A DNA stretch of 63,487 nucleotides, the filler included, from Rozella allomycis CSF55 (Eukaryota): the NCBI GenBank assembly GCA_000442015.1. It is 12 parts of 12 records of this genome, joined end to end, with 100 filler letters (N's around TTAATTAATTAA, not from the genome) between each part and the next. Parts side by side here need not be neighbours in the genome. Positions count along the whole stretch, not along the records: positions 37,602 to 56,627 come from KE561394.1; 11 more parts are not named here. The stretch is one strand, 5' to 3'. Positions 37,602 to 50,025 of this stretch are shown here, piece after piece (positions within the stretch are counted from its first letter, which is position 1; each line of letters begins with the position of its first letter). Made by a program: the position numbers and the translations under genes. The notes under the pieces are model-generated. The model saw only the letters and a program-made list of their open reading frames with translations. It did not search any database and had not been told where the DNA came from.

Positions 37602-38760
37602 CGTACCTATATCTACCCCCACAGTCATTGCTCAGGTTCTGACCTCCGAGCAGTGATCTCTGCGGTCCACCAATTGCATCCTCAGATGGACTTAAAACCT
37701 TCTGATCTCAATAACATTGAGGAATATCTACCAAGGTGTGAGCGAATCTATAATGATAACAAGTTGAATACTGAACAAACGAAACATCTTCGCAGACTAT
37801 TCGCGCACAATCACGAGTCCGTTGCACATTGGCTAACAAGGCACAATAAATTACACCCACGCTGCAACTGGGATGTCCCGAAGAAAGATTTGTTAAAAGA
37901 GTTCCTCGCTCCTTATTGGAAGTCCGAAAAGTTCTCCAAGATTGTCAAGATCAGTACTACCATGGAGAAATAGTTCCGGAATTCATCGGAAGATTCCAAG
38001 ACCTCTTGGCGGGGAACAACATTGCGTACATAATCTCTGACCAGCAACACAATCTTATAAAGGAACTACTCCTTTCGAAGCTGCCTGTTTCAGTGAAAAG
38101 AGTGCTTAACACCAACCCGGTGTGTGAATTCCCCACAATCGTGAGACTCATGCAGGCCGTAAAGGAATTCCCCGGAATGATATATCGGTTGCATACGCCA
38201 GCCGACCTCCTACAAAGAGAAGAGTTGAGACTCAGAAGGAAGCTCCCGGTAGTACCGCCAANTCTGCCTGATTTAGTGAAAAGAGTGCTTAACACCAACC
38301 CGGTGAGTGAATTCCCCACAATCGTGAGACTCATGCAGGCCGTAAAGGAATTCCCCGGAATTATCGGTTGCATACGCCAGCCGACCTCTCACAAAGAGAA
38401 GAGTTGAGACTCAGAAGGAAGCTCCCGGTAGTACCGCCAAGACGAAAGTCACTACCACTTATTATTGTGAATTTCATAACAACAATCCGAGAGTGCGACA
38501 CAACACCGAGGACTGTAGAGCTAGCCAGGGCAAAACAGGAAACAACTCGGGGCAGTCGGAGGAAAAGAAAGAGGCAAGAAAGGTTTGCATCAAAAAACTC
38601 TGCGATAAGTGTGCACAACCTTACGAGAACGGCAACAATGAAGTGCGCGAGAAAACAAAGGAATAAAGCATCTTCCTCTAATGTTCACAAAAGGAAAATA
38701 GATCTCCGTGAAGAATCCCCTGAAGAACTCTTGGAAGAAGACGAGATTATTGTACCTAGA
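37602..38760 (+). mobile_element. Gag-like region of a Ty3/gypsy element (fragmented)
   Basis: W..KKDLLKEFL..Y, V.EFI.RF capsid-like motifs and Cys/His-rich segments upstream of gypsy pol. Confidence 0.6.
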
Positions 38761-41700
38761 ACAATTCATTTCAAGATTCTGTACACTCCCGAATGCATAC
38801 ATTAGGATAGACACAGGTAACCACCCACCGGCTTTCAAGAAGCAATACCAAATTGCGCACCGTCTGAGATCCATCGTGACGGAACAAGTTGAAAAGTGGA
38901 CGAGAGATGGTGTGATTAAGGAAATGAACGGAAATTCTGAATGGAATAGTTCTTTATTAGTTGTAGCCAAGAAANCCTATTGGAGACCAATCAATCCACA
39001 AAAAGATTCTGTACAGTCCCTATCGCTTTTATAAGGATCGATACAGGTGACAACCTTCCAGCCTTCAAGAAACAATGTCAAGTTGCATACCGTCTGAGAC
39101 CAATAGTGACCGAACAAGTTGAGAAATGGAAGAAAGGTGGTTTGATTAAAGAACTGAATGGACATTCTGAATGGAATAGTTCCATTGCTAGTTGTAGCAA
39201 CGAAAAATGTAGCTGGGAATATTACGGGTTGGAGAACATGCCTTGATCCGAGACACATCAATCAAATTACAAAGATTATTACATATCCATTACCGTTGAT
39301 AAAAGAGATTCTTGAAGCCAAGAAAGGATCTGTGGTATTCACCAACATAGACTTGACAGTGGGATTTCATCAATTTAGAGTTAACGAGGAGGATCAAGCC
39401 AAAACAACGTTGACATGGAACGGACAACAGTATAACTTTGTTGGAGCTCCACTCGGTTTTAAAAAAATACTTGCTGAGTTCCAGAACGTGATGACTAAGT
39501 TTTTGAGCAAATACGACTTTGTGACAGTTTACATAGACGACATAATAATTCATTCAAAGTCGTACGAAGAACACCTAAGACACGTATCCATTGTNAAGTT
39601 ATTGAGCAAATTCGACTTTGTGAAAGTTTAAATAGACGAAACCATAATTCATTCAAAGTCGTACGAAGAACACCTAAGACACGTATCCATTGTCATTAAA
39701 GAGTTGAAAAAAAATCAACTAATGATAAATATACCTAAGTGTCCATTCGCCTGTCAGGGAATGAATGTTCTCGGATTCAAAATAAACAGAAATGGAATTA
39801 CCTATCGTTCCGGAAAAGCTCGTTATAATGGATGACTTGGAAGTTCTAGTCAATGGTCATATGTTGACCAACAATCGGGATACTTCAATTTCTTCAGAGA
39901 TATGATACCAAATTATTCCATTCTTACAAAACCACTAGATAAATTCAGAAAAGCTAAGAAAGTGGTTTGGAATGAAGAATATCCGAGAATATACGACACA
40001 ACTTGAGACGCCCTCTGGAGTCAAATAATGTTGAAGTATCCTGATTTCAACACACCTTTCATTGTTGCCACAGATCCTTCCAGCAGAGGCCTCGGAGCCG
40101 TGCTTCATCAGTAGAAGGATGGTGAGGATCAATATGTTTGTTTTGCGTCAAGAGCACTAACTCAAGGAGAAAGAAANCGCGAAAAGCTAAGAAAGTGGTT
40201 GGGAATGGAGAACATAAGAGAATATACGACACAATCAGAGACGCCCTCTGGAGTCAAATAATGTTGAAGTATCCTGATTTCAACAAACCTCTTATTGTTG
40301 CCACAGATGCCTCAAGCAGAGGCCTCGAAGCCGTGCTTTATCAGCAAGAGGAATGATCAATATGGTTGTTTTGATTCAAGAGCACTAACTCAAGGAGAAA
40401 GAAACAACAGTAAGACAGAGAGAGACTTAGCGGGAATTATATTTGCCCTAGCGAATTTATAATTACGTTTATGGAAGCCATTTTACCTTATATACAGATC
40501 ATCGAGCTCTTGCTTTTCTTTTCACAAANTTTCAAGAGCACTAACGCAAGGAGAAAGAAACAACAGTAAGACGAAGAGAGAATTAGCGGGAATTATATTT
40601 GCCCTAACGAATTTATAATTACGTTTATTGAAGCCATTTTACCTTATCTACAGATCATCGAGCTCTTGCTTTTCTTTTCACAAAAAAGCATGATAATGCC
40701 ATGATGAACAGTTGGATGGACTTATTGCTGGAGTATGATTTCTAAATCATACACAGGACAGAATATTAAATATTCTCCCTGACAGACTAAGTCGGATTTA
40801 CTACGCCAGTCCTTTAAAGAAGTTGAATAACCTAAGATCATGACAATGCATAAAGATGAAGGATTTATAAACAACCCATTGAAGTTATCAGATAAGATAT
40901 TGAGAAGGATTGAAAAACATAGGGGATTTTTCTCAATGGAGCTCTTGGTTTTCTTTTCACAAAGAAGCATGTTAATGCCATGATGAACAGTTGGATGGAC
41001 TTATTGCTGGAGTATGATTTCTAAATCATACACAGGACAGAATATTAAATATTCTCCCTGAAAGACTAAGTTGGATTTACGACGCCAGTCCTTTAAAGAA
41101 GGTGAATAACCTAAGATCATGAAAATGCATAAAGATGAAGGATTTATAAACAACCCATTGATGTTATCAGATAGGATATTGAGAAGGATTGAAAAACATA
41201 GATGATTTTTCTCTATGGAGCTCTTAGCTAATCCTGGGAATAACAAACTACCTGTTTTCTGCATCAATGAAAAAGAATGTTTCAAACTACCACTAGGACA
41301 AGAAGCTATTAGGGCAGAACCCAAGGAAGATCGTAGTCACAAACGTCTGGTGAAATTAATCATGGACAAATCAAAGGGATCAATTTTAACACCATTGAAG
41401 GAAAACGAAACTTGGTTCGAATTGCTGAAAGAATATACAAATTTCGATCCAATAGTAATCACGACTAGTGATGAAACGTTTATAAAGATGGATANATTTT
41501 CTGCATCAATGAGAAAGAATGTTTCAAACTACCACTAGGAAAAAAAGTTATCTGGGCAGAACCCAAGGAAGATCTTATTCACAAACTTCTAGTGAAACTA
41601 ATCATGGATAATCAAAAGGATCAATTTTAACACCGATGAAAGAAAACGAAACTTGGTTTAAATTGTTAAAGGAATACACAATCTCTAATCCAATAATAAT

Positions 41701-43260
41701 CACCACTAGTGAAGAGACATTTATTAAGATGGATAGAAACATTCCTTCATACAATCAATATGTAGAGTCGACGATTGATACAAAAGAAAAACAAACTAAG
41801 AACGTTGAATTTATTAATTATACAGAGCTGGGAAATTTGGTTCAAATTGCTGAAAGAATATACAATTTCCGATCCAATAGTNCAATCCAATAGTTATCAC
41901 AACTAGGGAAGAAACATTTATAAAGATGGATAGAAACACTCCTTTATATAATCAATATGTAGTTTGGACGATTTGTACAAAAGCAAAACAAAACATGAAT
42001 GTTGAATTTATCAATATACAGAGCGGGAGTTTCAACATGAAGTGAGAGGCATTTCACAGATCAACATTCCGATCANGTAACTGGCCATCCATCAGATCAG
42101 ACTTCGATAAAATAGTCCAGGGCTGCATAGATTGTCAAAGATTCAATATAGGAAAGATTGGATTTCATCCGNCTCCATTTTCTTTAATGTTCGCGAGACA
42201 ACTGAACCATGTCAAAGATTTTAATAATGACACACCTCTTCAAGAAATATCTGAAAAAGAGTTGATACAGAGACTCAATTACATGAGACAAATTGTATAT
42301 CCCGAAGTCAACAGAATAGCCAGAAACAACGCGTATCTGNTGACTGTGAAAAAGTAGTCCTGAGTTGCATAGACTGTCAGAGGTTCAACATAGGGAAAAT
42401 TCGATTTCATGCGTTGAATTCCACAACTTGTATGTTACCAAATCGACGAGTTCTCTATGAACTTGAAAGAATTTCCATTATCCAAAAGAAGGAATAAGTA
42501 TCTGTTACTTATAGTTGACACCTGTACAACATTTATATTTCTTAGAGCCCTACAAGATACGGAAATGAAAACAATCGCAACCACATTGTTTTCTCTGTTT
42601 TGTGAATTCGGGTTCCCAAGGAGCATTAGATCGGACAACGTTCGAGAATTTCTTAATAGAATCATTTCCGAAATGATGAAATTATCAAACATTAATCAGA
42701 GGTTCATCACACCATACAACCCTAGAGCTAATGGAATAGCAGAAAGGTTCATTGGGACAGTAGCGAATACAATATACAAGAATTTGAGAGGCAAAGATAC
42801 AGAGTGGGATAATTTTACTGATCAGACTCAATGCATTCTAAACTTGAGAGTGTCCGACACAACCAACTCCACTCCATTTTCCTTAATGTTTGCGAGACAA
42901 ACGAATCATTTCAAAGATTTAAATAAAGAAACTCCTTTTCAAGAAATATCTGAAAAAAATTGATACACAGACTCAATTATATGAGACAAGTTGTATACCC
43001 CGAAGTCAACAGAATAGCCAGAAACAAGTCGTATCTGGAATGGGGTAAATTCTTAAGAAACAAGCGAATTAAATGGTTCCAACCAGGAGCATCCGTCATG
43101 ATTAAAGATAACCTTAGGTCTACGAAATCAGAAGCCTACGACACAGGGCCATTCATGATTGTAAGACGAAAAATGGAGGAGCGTACATCTTATAAGGACC
43201 AGATGGAACTCTATACACAAGACCTCCTCATGTCTTAAAACCTTTTAAGGGAATAATCCC
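38760..43260 (+). mobile_element. Degenerate Ty3/gypsy pol: RT - RNase H - MTase-like insert - integrase (mosaic of copies)
   Basis: WRTCLDPRHIN, YIDDII, PDFNKPLIVATDASS, KRELAGIIFAL, DHRAL, LPDRLSR, CIDCQR, IRSDN.REF, PRANGIAER; many stops and frameshifts. Confidence 0.92.
41130..41990 (+). other. DIRS/Dam-like N6-adenine methyltransferase-fold domain inside gypsy pol (2-3 partial copies)
   Basis: LSDRILRRIEKH..FSMELLANPGNNKLPVFC..ECFKLPL...WAEPKEDLIHKLLVKL....SILTP....TWF.LL...PI.I parallels DLFA..N.KL..FC..AF..W..NPP..LI..VL.K....ILV.P.W...W. Confidence 0.65.
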
Positions 43261-43261
43261 G

Positions 43262-44300
43262 NAAATCAGTGTTTGCATGCAATCACGTAGGTGGTTGCAC
43301 ATGATCCGTGATCGACAATTTCCAGCATTCAAATCCTCTGATTACCCATCAAATATTGTGAATAGCATCTAATACTTTGTTTTAATAGCTAAGATATTGA
43401 TATTCATTGCTGAAATGTGGACCAATCGTGGTTTGCGTTCAACATGGTTGGGGTGACATATCCACCACTAGGCGAATAGAATCTCAAATTACATGTTTTA
43501 TGTTATGGCGGTGCTTTTAACGTGTTTCATTGCCACTTCATTAACAGTTATCCATTTTATTGTTTGAAACACGGTCAGCTGCAGCACGCACATTATTGAC
43601 AAAATGATGTAATAAACATCTAAGCATGATTTTTATTCATTAAATCTAGTTAAATTGACTTAATGCACTCTGCAGATTCCATCAACATGGCGAGGGATAC
43701 ATTATTGTTTTTAGCATGTTTCTAACTATTATACCCACGTTGTGTTCCATGGAAATAAGGTGACTGTGTATTTGCATATCACATAATACATGGGCACCTC
43801 GATTGGCCAAAGCCTGCGTAATTTTAACCCGCTTAGTCAGTTCACGCCTCGTGCTCGTATCCTTCATGGAAAATGGTTGTTTAGTTTTGTATTCATTCCA
43901 ATGTAAATCATACATCCCCAGATGGTTTGAAAAGGTAAATTAGCTTGACGATACATGGATTTCCATAATTTCCATAAATCAAAGTGACAAACTATGCGTG
44001 GCAGGTATCCAGAACCATTTTACCAGATCTGCTATGCAACATGATGGAATACATTTCCAGAATCCAAGGCCTACTAATAAAATGTCACCTCACTTGTTCC
44101 TGCTTGGTATCTATTACCATACACCTTATGTCGGCACGACAATGTTTTTCGCCATGTACGCAACAAAACTTTTGATGATCCACGCACGTAGTACAACGAC
44201 CCTCGAAATTCTCATTGCAATTTGTCAATTGTTGCGCTCTTCACGAAGTCTCTGTGAATGATCATTTGAATCAGGTTGGATCATATCATCATCATCATCA
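43262..44300 (-). pseudogene. Possible degenerate MULE-like transposase fragment
   Basis: Only scattered Cys/His motifs (FCC..KHCRADI, CLLHHFVNN, ACKH), interrupted by stops. Confidence 0.25.
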
Positions 44301-44552
44301 AGCAGGTGCTCTCAACTCAACCGCGTTCTGAGCTTCTGTAGGGTTTTCAGAATTTTTGTCTGTCATCCGGTCTGTCATTTTTGACTTTATGCCCTGTACT
44401 ACCTCTTTCGTTCTTTTTTTCTTGGAGTGCCATCATTTTCTTGGACTCTAATGATTCTCAATCCACGCTTTATCCCATAGATATTAAATCCACCTCTCAG
44501 GTATTTCATTTTTGTATTTGGGAATTTTCGGGATAATAGGGTTTTATGATTN

Positions 44553-44665
44553 GATGAATACTTGTTGAAATGGAAGAATCTGGATGACTCCCATAACAAG
44601 TGGGTTCAAGAAGAAGACTTCCATGATAATAAACCAATTCCAAAATTTTGGGAAGGAAGACGGGA
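44553..44665 (+). mobile_element. Chromodomain of a gypsy integrase (chromovirus-like)
   Basis: DEYLLKWKNLDDSHNKWVQEEDFHDNKPIPKFW. Confidence 0.8.
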
Positions 44666-45082
44666 TCAACATAAGATCGTCAACTTGCAAAAGCCGCGAC
44701 CAGAAAGATTAAGGTTGAGAATGCCAAGAGATCAAGATTAACAAAGAGACCTCAAANCACATCTTAGAATAATCAACTTGCAAAAGCCGCGACCAGTACG
44801 ATTAAGGTTGAGAATGCCAAGAGATCAAGATTAACAAAGAGACCTCAAAAGAGACCGATTAGGTCAGAAATAAGAAATTCATGGTGAAATCATACACAAA
44901 AACAATTGACGTTAAATTAACTACACTAATCCTAATCCTTTCGGAAAACCGGCAAAAGATCTTGAGTGGACACACGGACGAATACAGTGTAGATAATGAT
45001 CCCAAATATAGTCCCTGTTCATACTACGTCCTTTATCATTCCGCATGATAAGGATTTTACGNTATAGAAAGAATGATCCCTT

Positions 45083-45099
45083 ATCGGACGGGGAGTTTA
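45083..45099. repeat. 17-bp dispersed inverted-repeat core ATCGGACGGGGAGTTTA (also 45623-45639 and 53956-53972; reverse orientation at 45700-45714 and 46382-46398)
   Basis: Five copies in both orientations; three continue into a shared TTAACGAGCACTGC-type extension. Confidence 0.75.
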
Positions 45100-45177
45100 C
45101 GACCGGACTTCAGACACGATTATTGGCAAGTTGCTTTAATGATATTTTCACTTCCGATATTACTCACTTTAAGTGTT

Positions 45178-45230
45178 TTATGTATGTGTGTGTTTGTGTG
45201 TATGTGTGTATGTAAACTTTTGTGTATGTA
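45178..45230. repeat. (TG)n/TGTA microsatellite in an LTR-like segment; 45259-45340 is repeated at about 46797-46880
   Basis: Direct sequence similarity (gagataatcc..tctcaatcgacat..cttttaaattactatccaat). Confidence 0.65.
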
Positions 45231-45788
45231 AACTCCAAAGATATCAATAAATAGGACGGAGATAATCCTTTCTCAATCGACATCGGTCTTACTCATTTAT
45301 CTTTTAAATTACTATCCAATATATGTGGATTAAGAAGCGACAAAGCGAAGAAGTTCTTGCCTCTTGGAGACGTTTGTTTTAGAATTGTGGGTATTTTGCA
45401 CCAGCGTCTGATAACGTCCCAGATCTGTCCCTGTCATANATTCACCATTTAAAATTGGAATTCTAAGGGTATATTTATCATCATGCCAATGAAAAATCTA
45501 TAAAAATATTTAAACAACATAAATTTATTTAACATTTTACAATCTCGGCCTTGGCCCTTGTGTCGTACCTAGATGTGGGGACACCTGTGGTAAAGTCGGA
45601 TATCAAACTCCAGATTAGGCTTATCGGACGGGGAGTTTACGACCCGGACATCAGAAACGATTATTGGCATNCGAAGAAATTTTATTTTTAATTCTTAACT
45701 AACTCCCGTCCGATTAAACGAGCACTGCAAAACTTGTCATTCGCAGGTGCCTTGAAAGATCTATACCTTTTTCGAAGCCACAGCAGTT

Positions 45789-46189
45789 ATGTCGACTCCT
45801 TCTCCTCTCATTTGGTTTCTGCTATTGGACTCTTCTACTGGTCAACCGTACAAAAATACTACTGCCACCTCCATTTTACGCTCTTCTCTTGCTGTTCCTA
45901 TCGTTGACCACTTTCGAGATGCTGTTAAGGCTAACAGCCCCAACAAGCTTTCTTTTGTGGATTCCGCTGATCTACTGGTATACAAGAACAAATCTGCCTT
46001 TGTTGAAGGAAAGGAAAAGCCTTTGAAATCCTCTTGCCCCCTGGATGGTCATGGAATAACCGATAACGAAGAAGACCTCCTCGTTGTCGTCGTCCCATCA
46101 TCATTAAGCAGCTCCACCAGTCTTACCCGTAAGGAGCCACATCCCAAAAGAAAACAACGATGGGTTAAACTCAGTGATAACATCCAAGG
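45789..46189 (+). CDS. Crinkler (CRN)-type N-terminal ubiquitin-like header domain, truncated by an N join
   Basis: IWFLLLD..GQPYK.T.A..V.HFRDAVKA...L..VD.ADL.VY.NK....L.......LVVVVP. Confidence 0.75.
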
Positions 46190-46959
46190 NCTATTTATTA
46201 GAACAAGATAAAGGGATTTGGGATTCGCTGGAGGAAAACGGTAAATGAAGGTCATTAAAATGAAATAGATCTCAATTTATTTTTTTAAGAAATCACAATT
46301 TTTATGGCATCTTCAAACTAATGTCAAAAAATGATAATGATAGCAAATAGTTGTTTTGTGCGAGAAATTTATTTTTAATTATAAACTCCCCGTCCGATTT
46401 AACGAGCACTGCGAGACTTGTACGATACAATTAATATTCATTAACATGAATATAACAACCATTTGCGGTGGATCTAAAGGATGTTACCTTAACACCGACA
46501 GTGTAAGCCGGCTACTAGCGGAAACGGCAAGTCAGTGCAACCTGTAGTAAGGTTGGATATCAAGGCCAACAATAGCTACTAATACAAATATAACAACCAT
46601 TTGCGGTGTATCTGAAATATAGACAGGGATTCTCGGCTAAATCTATACACACCCGGGGTGNAGACAGGGATTCTCGGCTAAATCTATACACCCCCGGGGT
46701 GTCTGAACACCCCCGGTTCAGAGTACGCGTATTTGTGTAATTTCCTTTAGCCGGGTTTCTCATTCGAAATTCCGAGGAGACATGTAATAAAAAGACAGAG
46801 ATAATCCAATCTCAATCGACATTCGTTTTACTTATTAAACTTTTAAATTACTATCCAATTTATGAGGATTAAGATACTACAAGCGCATTGAGCGACATCG
46901 TGTCCATCGTTTCGCATATTTTTTCCATATGGAATTCTTGGATTGGATCTTATTGTGTC

Positions 46960-47004
46960 GTAAAGTCCACCCCGGTCGGGCTAACCCTGGCTGTCGCACT
47001 AAGC
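46960..47004 (+). repeat. 45-bp repeat also at 53511-53556, just upstream of a gypsy gag fragment (probable element leader)
   Basis: gtaaagtYcaccccggtcgKgctaaccctgg..gtcRcactaagc. Confidence 0.6.
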
Positions 47005-47139
47005 NCTATGGGCTATGGTGATTGGTGAACCGTGAAATCTGAGATCTTTAGATGGTTGACGAATTTTAGATCTAGAAATTATACATAATTAAGGAAGGGG
47101 AAACCACTCGTTTTAAACCTAAAATTTGAAATTCAAAAT

Positions 47140-48240
47140 TTAATGTTTTGAAGAAAATATTGGAATAAAATTGAGGGCATTGAAATAGAAATCTTNACTG
47201 TTATATAGAAATGCCAATTGAAACATAAATAGTCCATCCCTTGGAAACTTTTTAATAAATTCCAAAACCTTCTCCCAATGATTTGTCACAAACGTTTCGT
47301 CTTCAAACAATTTCATCAAAATGACTCGTTTATAACCATTTATCATTGAAAAATTTATTTTAAGAACTTTATTGATAATTGTCGCCCCGACTGGTGTGAT
47401 AGGGGAGGTACGAAATGCGTACATTACAGTTCTAAATCCCGAATATGAAAATGCACTAAAATGATTTCGAAGCATCCACACACCCAAATGAACAAAATTT
47501 GACTCTGTACTTGTACCATTGCATGCTTTCCTGAGAGAGTTTATTAATGTCCTTTCATCTACAGGCTTCAAGTTTTCCCTTTGGTCGTTCAAAAATTCAT
47601 TCAAATCATCTTGACCCAAATTCGCTTGGGATATCAAGTTGAAAATCTGTCGAGTATTTTCCAGTGTCTCTTGTATATACAGGTTGCCACTGACGGAAGT
47701 AACGTTTGCGCTGATATCCTCCGCTGAGCGCAAATAAAATTTACGTGATTGCAATATTTGCACACATTGTTCCATATCATTAACTATACAATACTCCAAA
47801 GGTTCAATATCCGGCTTTTCATCAGAACCTCGATGGTGGCCGTTGTAATTGTAACAGTTGAAGGGCGTGAATTGGCTTCGTTTTACCAGTAATACAATTA
47901 AATCTTCCTTTAAAATTCTGTCTTTATTTGCAAATTCTCCATTCGGATCAAGGAAATGATGGTAGTTTGCATAGAAGTATTGAATTGCGTTTTCGTCACA
48001 AAAAGTTCCATCAAAAAAAGGACCGCATTTACCAAACCAATGAAAGAGAACATCAGAATGTATTTTAAGATTCTGATAAAGATGTTTTTTTGTCGACCGA
48101 AAACGATTACTAGTTTTTACATCCACAAAATCGTTGATATGATTATAAATGTCAAACGGTAAGACTTCAGAGGTTCCCGTAGTGACATCCGTAGCGATGG
48201 TGGACCAAGCCAAGAGGAAGAGTAAGAAGATAAAATTCAT
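47140..48240 (-). CDS. Secreted protein with an N-terminal F-box-like motif (candidate effector)
   Basis: Signal peptide MNFIFLLFLLAWSTIA, then LPFDIYNHINDFVDVKTSNRFRSTKKHLY; intronless; 3' end crosses an N join. Confidence 0.6.
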   Translation of the reverse strand: MNFIFLLFLLAWSTIATDVTTGTSEVLPFDIYNHINDFVDVKTSNRFRSTKKHLYQNLKIHSDVLFHWFGKCGPFFDGTFCDENAIQYFYANYHHFLDPNGEFANKDRILKEDLIVLLVKRSQFTPFNCYNYNGHHRGSDEKPDIEPLEYCIVNDMEQCVQILQSRKFYLRSAEDISANVTSVSGNLYIQETLENTRQIFNLISQANLGQDDLNEFLNDQRENLKPVDERTLINSLRKACNGTSTESNFVHLGVWMLRNHFSAFSYSGFRTVMYAFRTSPITPVGATIINKVLKINFSMINGYKRVILMKLFEDETFVTNHWEKVLEFIKKFPRDGLFMFQLAFLYNSXDFYFNALNFIPIFSSKH

Positions 48241-48376
48241 CTATGAGCCAGGGTCTGATTGTTGAGCCTCATTAGACAAAATTTTTNCTTTCATATCCAA
48301 AATAATCCCATATTGCATAGAACACTTATGCCGATCATTTGGTCTGTTAAATCCTCTTACTAATTGTCTAGCGAAT

Positions 48377-49678
48377 ATGGAAATACGAACAACAAGGACA
48401 CCTGACCATCAACGCATTAATTTTAGAGACAAATTTGTTCAAAAGAGACTTGTAGGTGTCATTGATAAACTTGAAAGAAAAGATACTGTAAATACAACCA
48501 AAAAGATCAAGTCTGCTTTAGGTGAATTAGCCACATCATCATTGACGCCTAGAACTGGCAGTGTTAGGGAAAAATCACCAAAGTTGGAAAGAGAATTAAA
48601 TAATAAAGAAAATAACGATGCGAATGCTTTTGCTTGTGAAAGAAAGGAGCAAGAAAAAGTGCCACTGGGCAAATGGAGCTCATTTATTTATGCCTACTCG
48701 GCGTTGTTTTTGATTTATGCTGTGCTATTTTATCCTTTTGAAATCATCAGCAATTATTTTACATTTGGGGAAACAGTTGCTTCCATTTGGTATCCTAACT
48801 GTGGTGTGAATTTAATATTCTTCTTATACTTTGGTCCATTATTTATCATACCATTCATGTGCGCGATTTTGATAAATCTTCTTATCTTTTTCCCAATAAA
48901 TTGGTCTTTGGGGACAATGTTTCTACATTGCATTCTAAAGGCTAGTTGCTATTTGATTGAGTCTTTGATATTGAACAGAGTAATACAAACGAACATTACG
49001 CCAAGAACAAGAAAGGAACTCTTTTTAATGCTACTAACGTTTTTAATCTGTCACATTGCCGCAGGATTCAGCTTTTTTACAATGTTCTTAATTGACTTTC
49101 GCCTTAATTTGATAACTCCTTCTTCCATCTTTGGTTGGGTTTTGGGTGATGTAGGTGGTATCTTAAATGTTCTCCCATTGTTCTATTTTGTTATTTTCCC
49201 GGATTTCATTGAAGTAGATCCAGAACAGAGATTGCAACATTGGATTGATTTCAAGAATCTATTAAGAAGTAAACAATTTTGGTTGCAAAGGGTACAAGAA
49301 GTAGTTATGATTGTTGTTGTATTCTATTTGGCGCTTGGGATTCTTCCTCAAGAGTTTAACACTGAAAAGGCATCAGATAGGCTTTATGTAACATCTTCTG
49401 CTGTCATGTACTATGTGTTCCAGTATGGAAGAAAAGGAGCTGCGTTTTCATTAGCCCTTTATAACATTGGGCTCATGCTCTTAATTAGTGTACTCAAATT
49501 GAAAGTGGACATAGCCAATGTTCAAATGTTTATAAATGCCACAGGGTTTTCATGCCTTCAGCTAATAATTGAAAGGGACGTTGCGTTTAGAAAAGCGGTT
49601 GTCTTTTCTTTAGAAAATCATGAGTTGGTATTGAAACTATTAGAAAAAGGAGAACAATTTGGAAACGTTGTAATTTAG
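48377..49678 (+). CDS. Intronless multi-pass membrane protein with a MASE1-like sensor domain
   Basis: SIWYPNCGV..FF..FG, WVLGDVGGILNVLP, FQYGRKGA, ends LIIER; about 9-10 hydrophobic segments. Confidence 0.65.
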   Translation: MEIRTTRTPDHQRINFRDKFVQKRLVGVIDKLERKDTVNTTKKIKSALGELATSSLTPRTGSVREKSPKLERELNNKENNDANAFACERKEQEKVPLGKWSSFIYAYSALFLIYAVLFYPFEIISNYFTFGETVASIWYPNCGVNLIFFLYFGPLFIIPFMCAILINLLIFFPINWSLGTMFLHCILKASCYLIESLILNRVIQTNITPRTRKELFLMLLTFLICHIAAGFSFFTMFLIDFRLNLITPSSIFGWVLGDVGGILNVLPLFYFVIFPDFIEVDPEQRLQHWIDFKNLLRSKQFWLQRVQEVVMIVVVFYLALGILPQEFNTEKASDRLYVTSSAVMYYVFQYGRKGAAFSLALYNIGLMLLISVLKLKVDIANVQMFINATGFSCLQLIIERDVAFRKAVVFSLENHELVLKLLEKGEQFGNVVI

Positions 49679-49702
49679 AAAGCAAAATAAACCATTTTAT
49701 CT

Positions 49703-50025
<323 letters not shown>

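Noticed and set aside
45060-46420. Repeats as a CRISPR-like array
   Set aside because: Copies are dispersed, in both orientations, with no regular spacers or cas genes, in a eukaryotic context.
46480-46760. GC-rich hairpin-prone segment (CACCCCCGGGGTG) as a ribozyme or element end
   Set aside because: No hammerhead, HDV or group I core recognised, and it is broken by an N join.
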